64,000 bases of DNA from an uncultured Candidatus Saccharibacteria bacterium (GTDB taxonomy: Bacteria > Patescibacteriota > UBA1384 > JAMDBS01 > DAOVQR01). The DNA lies in assembly GCA_964481135.1 (NCBI GenBank), contig CAYZSW010000001.1:7963-71962 (forward strand), in the 5' to 3' direction. Positions 58,090 to 64,000 of the stretch are shown here, piece after piece. Numbering within the stretch: position 1 is the first letter of the stretch; every line of letters starts with the position of its first letter. The notes beneath the pieces were generated by a model. The model saw only the letters and a list, made by a program, of their open reading frames with translations, made no database searches and was not told the origin of the DNA. A program made the position numbers and the translations under genes.

Positions 58090-59337
58090 TTATTTTCCTT
58101 TCAACCTTTCAATCTCTTTTTTAAGCTCTATCATTTTAAGTTCGCGACCCACCATAAGATTATTCATTTTTTCTGTAAATTGCGTTTGTTTTTTTAATTT
58201 TTCTTGCGCTTCCATTTCTTTTGAAATATCAAAAATAAATCCTTCTAGGTGTTTAATATTTCCCTTATTATCTTTTATTGCAAGTCCCTTTTCATGAACC
58301 CAAATATTTTTTTCATCTTTACTTATGATACGATAATCAATTTCCCAGTATCTATTTTCTTTTACTGCCTTGGAAATTCCTTCTGATACTAGACTTCTAT
58401 CTTGTTTGTAAATTACACTTTCATAAGTTCTAATTTTATTTTCTACAAAATCACTTGCCTTATATCCACACAACTGCTCAATATAATTACTTACAAACAT
58501 CATGGTCCAATTTTTATCAAACTTACATTTGTAAATAATTCCCGGGATATTATTAACTAAATTTGAAAATTCTTTTTGAAACTGCTCAAGCTTAATTTTA
58601 TTTAGCTTATTTTCATTAATATCTCTATCTATTCCTCTATATCCGGTGGATCCATCTTGTTTTTTTACTGGTAGACCATAACTTAAAATCCAAAATATTT
58701 TTCCATTTTTATCTAAAAGACGATTTTCTAAATTGATTGTCTTTTTACCTTCTTTAATAAAAGCTAAGCCAATTTTTTTAATTTCTTCTTTGTCTGGAGA
58801 CAAATCATAAAAATGTTTTTTGCCAATGACCTCTTCTGGCTTATATCCCAAAACTTGTTCTATAGAAGGACTTACATATGTATACAAACCATTTTCATCA
58901 ACTTCCCAAATAAAAGATTTGCTTTCACTAACTAAACTTTCGTATGCCTTATTTAATTCAAGAATTTTTTGTTCGTTTTTAATTCTATTGGTAATATCGT
59001 GAGCTAAACTTAAAATTGCTTTTTTGCCATGAAAGTCAATAACTTGGGAATTAATTTCTACTGGAATTTCCCTGCCATTACTTGTAACATGAGCCGAACG
59101 AAATACTAACTTTCCTTTGGATTTTAACTCCTGGATTCTTTGGGGCACCATTTTAGCATATTTAGGTGAATCAATTTTCTGTGGGCCAATTTCTAATAAC
59201 TGTTCTTTGGTGTATCCTAACCGACTGCAAGCTTCTTTATTGACATCTAAAAAATTACCCTCTAAGTCGTGGATAAATACAGCTTCATTTAAATTTTCGA
59301 ATATTATTTGATATTTATCATCCATTTTTGCTTTCAT
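58090..59337 (-). CDS. Cytoplasmic triple-PAS protein ending in a VGRE coiled coil, with no output domain
   Basis: Three PAS/PAC units (DVN..AC..LGY; YVSP.I...LGY; FVS..IE.LCGY); C-terminus MVGRELKMIELKKEI. Confidence 0.88.
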   Translation of the reverse strand: MKAKMDDKYQIIFENLNEAVFIHDLEGNFLDVNKEACSRLGYTKEQLLEIGPQKIDSPKYAKMVPQRIQELKSKGKLVFRSAHVTSNGREIPVEINSQVIDFHGKKAILSLAHDITNRIKNEQKILELNKAYESLVSESKSFIWEVDENGLYTYVSPSIEQVLGYKPEEVIGKKHFYDLSPDKEEIKKIGLAFIKEGKKTINLENRLLDKNGKIFWILSYGLPVKKQDGSTGYRGIDRDINENKLNKIKLEQFQKEFSNLVNNIPGIIYKCKFDKNWTMMFVSNYIEQLCGYKASDFVENKIRTYESVIYKQDRSLVSEGISKAVKENRYWEIDYRIISKDEKNIWVHEKGLAIKDNKGNIKHLEGFIFDISKEMEAQEKLKKQTQFTEKMNNLMVGRELKMIELKKEIERLKGK

Positions 59338-59366
59338 TTTTGAAAAAAATTTTAATTTTCTTAATG

Positions 59367-60590
59367 TTATCTGTTGGAAAAATTACCAACTAAACCATAT
59401 ATCGGGCTAATAATTGTTAAAACTAAAGCAGCTACAATTATTCCCACTATTAACATTAATACTGGTTCAATAAGATCAGACAGTGTTTTCAGCATAATAT
59501 CAACCTGCTCGTCATAATACTCCCCTAGTTCACTCAAAACCTCATCCATCTTGCCTGATTTCTCACCAACTTTAGTAATTTTAATCAACATATTTGGAAT
59601 TACTTTTGAATGAGACGCAAAAGATTGAGACAATGATTTACCACCCCTGACTAATTTTTCTGAATCAATAATTGCATTTTTTAAATTTATATCAAAAATA
59701 CCTTCTGAAACGATTTTCAAAGAATCTGTCATTGGAACACCTGCATGTAATAAAAGTGATAAAGTAGAAGTTATTCTAGACATATCGTATGCCTGAGTAA
59801 GTTTTGAAACATAAGGAATCTTTCTTAAAAAAAAGGAATTGGTATTTTTTCCTGCAGAAGAACGAAAAAAAACAATAACAAAAATAATAATTATAAAAAG
59901 AATTGGAAAACTTAAATACCAAAAATTTATAAAAATCGTTGTTAGAAACTGTAGAATTTTTAAAGTAAAAGGTAAATCTATTTGCATTCTGGCAAAAACT
60001 TCTAATATTTTTGGCACAACTAAAATTAACATTACAAAACCCATAATAGCTAAAGCAACAAGCACAACAATTGGATAAGTAAAAGCAGAAACTACTTTTG
60101 TTTTCATACGAACAGTTTTTGAAAGTTGTTTATAAATACTAGCCAAAACTTCTGAAATTTTTCCACTAACTTCTCCTGCCGAAACCAAAGAAATAAAGGT
60201 TTTGTCAAAAATTTCAGGATATTTTGCTAATGCTTGGGAAAGTGGACGGCCACTTTCAATATCATATTTTATTTCAATTAGAATTTTATTAAATTTTTTT
60301 GATTTTGTATCTTGAGATATCACTTCAATAGAATCGGCAATTGGCATACCAGATTTAAGCATTGTAGAAAGATTTCTAGCAAATGTTGCCTTGTCATTAA
60401 TACTTACTCCGCCAGAAAACATCTCGGCAATCGAAAATTTGGAAAATGCAGAATCTTCTTTTTTTTGAATTGTAATTATCGTATATTTTTGAAGTTTTAA
60501 AAAACTAGCGATTTCATCTTCGCTTGAAGCGACTTTTTCGCCTTTGATTATTTCATTATTTGAACCCATTGCTTCATAATAAAAATTCAT
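59367..60590 (-). CDS. pilC: Type IV pilus platform protein PilC (GspF family)
   Basis: F.RNLSTML.SG, GE.SG, SAFTYP, GE.SGKMD, LIEP; ATG at 60590. Confidence 0.92.
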   Translation of the reverse strand: MNFYYEAMGSNNEIIKGEKVASSEDEIASFLKLQKYTIITIQKKEDSAFSKFSIAEMFSGGVSINDKATFARNLSTMLKSGMPIADSIEVISQDTKSKKFNKILIEIKYDIESGRPLSQALAKYPEIFDKTFISLVSAGEVSGKISEVLASIYKQLSKTVRMKTKVVSAFTYPIVVLVALAIMGFVMLILVVPKILEVFARMQIDLPFTLKILQFLTTIFINFWYLSFPILFIIIIFVIVFFRSSAGKNTNSFFLRKIPYVSKLTQAYDMSRITSTLSLLLHAGVPMTDSLKIVSEGIFDINLKNAIIDSEKLVRGGKSLSQSFASHSKVIPNMLIKITKVGEKSGKMDEVLSELGEYYDEQVDIMLKTLSDLIEPVLMLIVGIIVAALVLTIISPIYGLVGNFSNR

Positions 60591-60595
60591 TATCA

Positions 60596-60690
60596 ACCGT
60601 TCTAAATGTTGAATATGTTCTATCTCTTTATTTGTTCAAATTGCTACAATTACAACACTTTGAACAATTAGAACATTTTGAACATTTTTT
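60596..60690. repeat. GTTC/GAAC 9-mer inverted-repeat cassette between pilB and pilC
   Basis: cgttctaaatgttgaatatgttcta..ttgttcaaa ... tttgaacaattagaacattttgaacattt. Confidence 0.75.
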
Positions 60691-62377
60691 AAGCTTTTGT
60701 TACCCTCAGAACTTCTTCAATTGTTGTTACTCCTTCTCTAACTTTTTTAATCCCATCTTGATGAATAAAAACCATACCTTCTTTTTGTGCTTGTTTTTTA
60801 ACTTCTTCTATTGTTGGGTTTTTATTAATGATTTCTGAAATAGTTGGAGTAACATCTAAAATTTCATAAATTCCAATCCTACCTTTATACCCTGAATTAT
60901 TACATTGTTTACAACCTTTGCCTCGATAAAATTTAATATTTTCTGTTTCTTTCATTCCCAAAGAATCTAAAATACTTTTACTCGGTTCATAGCTTTCAAT
61001 ACAATTAGCACAAATTTTTCTAACTAGTCGCTGAGCAATAATCACATTTAGTGTTGAAGCTAAAAGAAAAGGTTGTATTTTTAAATCAATAAATCTAAAA
61101 ATAGCAGAAATAGAATCATTAGTATGAAGTGTAGAAAGCATAAGGTGTCCAGTTAGAGCAGAATGAACAGCAATTTCTGCAGTTTCAGTATCTCGAATTT
61201 CACCCACCATAATTATGTCTGGGTCATGACGCAAAAAAGCTCTAAGCCCGGATGCGAAAGTAAGTTTAATCTCTGGTTTTACTTGAGTTTGCTCTATACC
61301 TTCAATGCCATATTCTATAGGATCTTCAATAGTACAAATTTTAATATTTGAGGTATTTAAAATATTTAAAATCGAATACAAAGTAGTTGTTTTACCCGAA
61401 CCTGTTGGACCTGTTACTAAAATCATTCCAAAAGGTTTAGCAATAGATTTTTTTACCAGTTCTAAATTTTTGCCATCAAGGCCTAGCTCGTTCAAAGTTA
61501 AAACTCTTTGTGATTCTTTTAAAATTCTCAACACAACATCTTCACCATAAAACGAAGGCACGATTGAAACTCTAAGAGAAACAAATTCTTTTTTTCCTTT
61601 AGAAAATTTAAAACGACCATCTTGAGGCAGACGAGTTTCATCTATTTTTAAGCGTGCCAAAATTTTTATTCTAGCCACTAGTGCATCATCGATTTCTTTT
61701 GGAAGATCAATAACATTTTGTAGTACACCATCAACTCTAAATCTAATTCTTGTTTTATCTTCCCATTTTTCAATATGTATATCTGAAGCATCTTGCGATA
61801 GCGCATGGTCTAAAATTGTATCAATAATTTTTACAACCGGTACATCTTGAGCAACTTTTTGAATACCTTGAATTTCTTCTTCAGGTACTGAAACCTTTGA
61901 TTTTTCAACATTTTCATTAATAATTTTTGCAAAATCTTTTTGAATATCTGCTTTGTATTTACCCAGTGCTTCATCTATATCTCTTGCGCTTGCTAGATAC
62001 GGTTTAACACTATACCCAGTTTTTTTTCGAATAAAGTCAATTACTTCAAAATCAGAAGGATTCTCCATTGCCAAGTGAATTAAACTATTCTCTTTATTGA
62101 ATGCTACGATTCTGTATTCTCTTGCTGTTTCTTCTGGAATAAGACTTAAAACTTGCTCTGAAATTTTTTGGGAACTTAAATCAATATAATCAACACCCAA
62201 AACTTCTGCAATAGTTTTAGTTAGATATTCTTCGGAAATTAAACCTTCTTCTACTAAAATATTGCCCAGACTTTTATCTTGGCCTTTTGTTTTTTCAAAT
62301 GCTTTTTCTAAATCTTCTAGTTTAACTAAGTTTGATTTAGCAACTATTTCTTTTAATTGATCATCAGAAATTTGCAT
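60689..62377 (-). CDS. pilB: Type IV pilus assembly ATPase PilB (GspE family)
   Basis: ASDIHIE, RLPQDGR, TGPTGSGKTTTLY, TIEDPIE, DPDIIMVGEIRD, TGHL.LSTLHTN, CxxC pairs; ATG 62377 with GGGAGG SD. Confidence 0.95.
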   Translation of the reverse strand: MQISDDQLKEIVAKSNLVKLEDLEKAFEKTKGQDKSLGNILVEEGLISEEYLTKTIAEVLGVDYIDLSSQKISEQVLSLIPEETAREYRIVAFNKENSLIHLAMENPSDFEVIDFIRKKTGYSVKPYLASARDIDEALGKYKADIQKDFAKIINENVEKSKVSVPEEEIQGIQKVAQDVPVVKIIDTILDHALSQDASDIHIEKWEDKTRIRFRVDGVLQNVIDLPKEIDDALVARIKILARLKIDETRLPQDGRFKFSKGKKEFVSLRVSIVPSFYGEDVVLRILKESQRVLTLNELGLDGKNLELVKKSIAKPFGMILVTGPTGSGKTTTLYSILNILNTSNIKICTIEDPIEYGIEGIEQTQVKPEIKLTFASGLRAFLRHDPDIIMVGEIRDTETAEIAVHSALTGHLMLSTLHTNDSISAIFRFIDLKIQPFLLASTLNVIIAQRLVRKICANCIESYEPSKSILDSLGMKETENIKFYRGKGCKQCNNSGYKGRIGIYEILDVTPTISEIINKNPTIEEVKKQAQKEGMVFIHQDGIKKVREGVTTIEEVLRVTKA

Positions 62378-62387
62378 GCCCCTCCCT

Positions 62388-62505
62388 GTAAACAAATATA
62401 CACAAATCAGAATACAAACCAACACGCTGAAATTGATATTTTGATCAGTAAAATAATATTACTAGTGTGTTATTTTATTTTCGCATCTGCGTATATTTGT
62501 ATTAT
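62388..62505. repeat. Degenerate ACACA/TGTGT-family cassette upstream of pilB
   Basis: aaacaaatatacacaaatcagaatacaaaccaacac ... gtgtgttattttattttcgcatctgcgtatatttgtatt. Confidence 0.6.
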
Positions 62506-62571
62506 AGAGTCTATTTCATTATATCAAAAATTAGGATATTTAGATATTGTTAATTGTCTAATAATATTATT

Positions 62572-63699
62572 TTATTTTAACTTTTTTACCGAATCTTGGG
62601 ATCCAAATGCTTTGATGAATTTTTTGGCACCGATATAGGACTTTTGTTTAAGAGCTTTTAGCGTGTCTGTTTTGAGATCTTTGTTTATTTCGTCATAAAA
62701 TTCTCTAATTGCATATTTTGAATTTTTGCCAAAAATTTCTTCTTTTGATTTCTTACTATCTTGATAATTTGTAAGTGTCCAATTATAAATTTTTTTATAA
62801 AGTTTTGGTTCAAATTTACGAAATACTTCCCAAACAATATTGCGCCAAAAAGTGCCGACATTACCTTTTAAAATATCACTCTTTGGAAATTTATTTTTAA
62901 TTATTGGAAGGGGAGTACCAGTAATTCCATGTTGCGCAATGCGAGTTTCAAATCCAGCATCTTTTATTGCCTTAGCTACTTTTTTTGTTTGTGCAATATT
63001 TATTGCAGATTGGGGAACTTCCTTGCCGTCTTTGTAAATGTTTCCATGAGCTGAGCCATTGGCAATTGCAAGCAAATGCGGGTTAATATTATTTTTATCT
63101 AATTCCTGTAAATATGTAACGGCTTCCTCTGGGGTGGTTAAGACCATTCCGTTTTCATCTTTTTTGCCAATCTCCCCCACTTCAACCTCTAAACCAAATT
63201 GATTATTTTTATAGTGTTTTTTAATAAAGTTTGCCAATCTTATAGTTATATCAGTATTATTTTTTAGTTTTTCTTTTTCTGTTTTTGCATTTAAATCGTA
63301 AAGAAAAGATGCATCAATAGCAAAAGAAGTATAGCCCACATCAATTTGAGCCTTAATTAATTTTTCTACAGCTCTAATTTTATCTTCTGATAATGATTTT
63401 ATTGTAAGATGGTCTGCATGTAAAACCCAATAATCAAACTTAACCTTACCGGCAGTTTCAAAACAAGCATTGGCAAAATCTTTTGGCATTAAACCAGTAT
63501 AACCACCCTCTAGATTACACTCAGATTTAGCAAGTTCTAAAATAATTGGACTTTGTAAATCTTTTGCTGCTTGCATAATTCCTTCTAAAATTCCAGGGAT
63601 TATTTGTACATTAGCAGCCATAATAATCAGTTTCTCATCACGCAAGGCATTATACATTTTAGCACCATCCATAGGAACAAAATGCTGTTTTTGATTCAT
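62572..63699 (-). CDS. fba: Class II fructose-bisphosphate aldolase
   Basis: MAANV, LHADH, TSFAIDAS, EVEVGEIG, LAIANGSAHG, AQHGITG, KGNVGT; start revised to ATG 63699 with AAGGA SD. Confidence 0.9.
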   Translation of the reverse strand: MNQKQHFVPMDGAKMYNALRDEKLIIMAANVQIIPGILEGIMQAAKDLQSPIILELAKSECNLEGGYTGLMPKDFANACFETAGKVKFDYWVLHADHLTIKSLSEDKIRAVEKLIKAQIDVGYTSFAIDASFLYDLNAKTEKEKLKNNTDITIRLANFIKKHYKNNQFGLEVEVGEIGKKDENGMVLTTPEEAVTYLQELDKNNINPHLLAIANGSAHGNIYKDGKEVPQSAINIAQTKKVAKAIKDAGFETRIAQHGITGTPLPIIKNKFPKSDILKGNVGTFWRNIVWEVFRKFEPKLYKKIYNWTLTNYQDSKKSKEEIFGKNSKYAIREFYDEINKDLKTDTLKALKQKSYIGAKKFIKAFGSQDSVKKLK

Positions 63700-63711
63700 A
63701 AATATCCTTTT

Positions 63712-63810
63712 GTTTAAATTCAAATTACAAATTCTAAATTTCAAACAATATTTTGATATTTGATTATTGATAATTATTTGTATTTTGTTATTTGTGATTT
63801 TGCAATCTGT
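63712..63810. repeat. CAAATT/TTTG 7-mer inverted-repeat cassette between glpX and fba
   Basis: taaattcaaattacaaattctaaatttcaaac ... tttgatatttgattattg..atttgtattttgttatttgtgattttg. Confidence 0.7.
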
Positions 63811-64000
63811 GTTCTGCTTCAATAAATCTAATTGTTTTAGATGTATTTCTCATAACAACAGAGTGGGTAATTACTTTATTTTTTGATTTGTAACGAACCC
63901 CGCGAAGCATCGGGCCATCAATGATTCCTGTTGCTACAAAAGAAACTTGATCGCCTTTAATAAAATCATTCATTTTTAAAAGTTTATCAATCTTTTTAAT
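63788..64000 (-). CDS. glpX: Class II fructose-1,6-bisphosphatase GlpX, C-terminal part (runs off the window edge)
   Basis: FVATGI.DG.ML.GV.Y......THS.VMR..SKTIRFIEAEH; upstream of fba. Confidence 0.88.
   Translation of the reverse strand: MKKIDKLLKMNDFIKGDQVSFVATGIIDGPMLRGVRYKSKNKVITHSVVMRNTSKTIRFIEAEHRLQNHK

Noticed and set aside
789-63037. Numerous 60-140 aa antisense or nested ORFs in the ORF track
   Set aside because: Shadow ORFs overlapping well-supported genes, without motifs or SD sites.
1-64000. Alternative genetic code (UGA=Gly) as in Gracilibacteria/SR1
   Set aside because: Conserved genes are full length in code 11 and TGA serves as a normal stop (e.g. 37714).

Overview
A very AT-rich bacterial chromosome segment read in genetic code 11. 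The gene content resembles a Patescibacteria/CPR-type genome (inferred from content, not from a marker gene). It holds housekeeping genes (galT-like, ruvC, yebC, split comEC, grpE-dnaK, short dnaJ, tRNA-Lys, ahcY with a PfkB kinase, lepA, murJ, gltX, rplS, rpmA, dnaE, ndk, xer, fba, glpX), an ECF sigma module, a sortase, three proteins with an L(V/I)STG sorting signal, and a long type IV pilus operon with a sensor/response-regulator block inserted in it. The most striking unexplained structure is a set of about 20 'intervening hairpin cassettes'. Each has two inverted arms made of degenerate 6-12 nt tandem repeats, and several unrelated repeat alphabets occur. They sit at gene junctions or in frame inside ruvC, lepA, xer and pilin leaders. 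Some are empty, some enclose a GxxExxY nuclease-fold or four-helix-bundle (23S rRNA IVP-like) gene, and some carry nested REP-like palindromes. Also present are a candidate structured ncRNA with two covarying hairpin units downstream of tRNA-Lys and a histidine kinase with a 1-nt frameshift.
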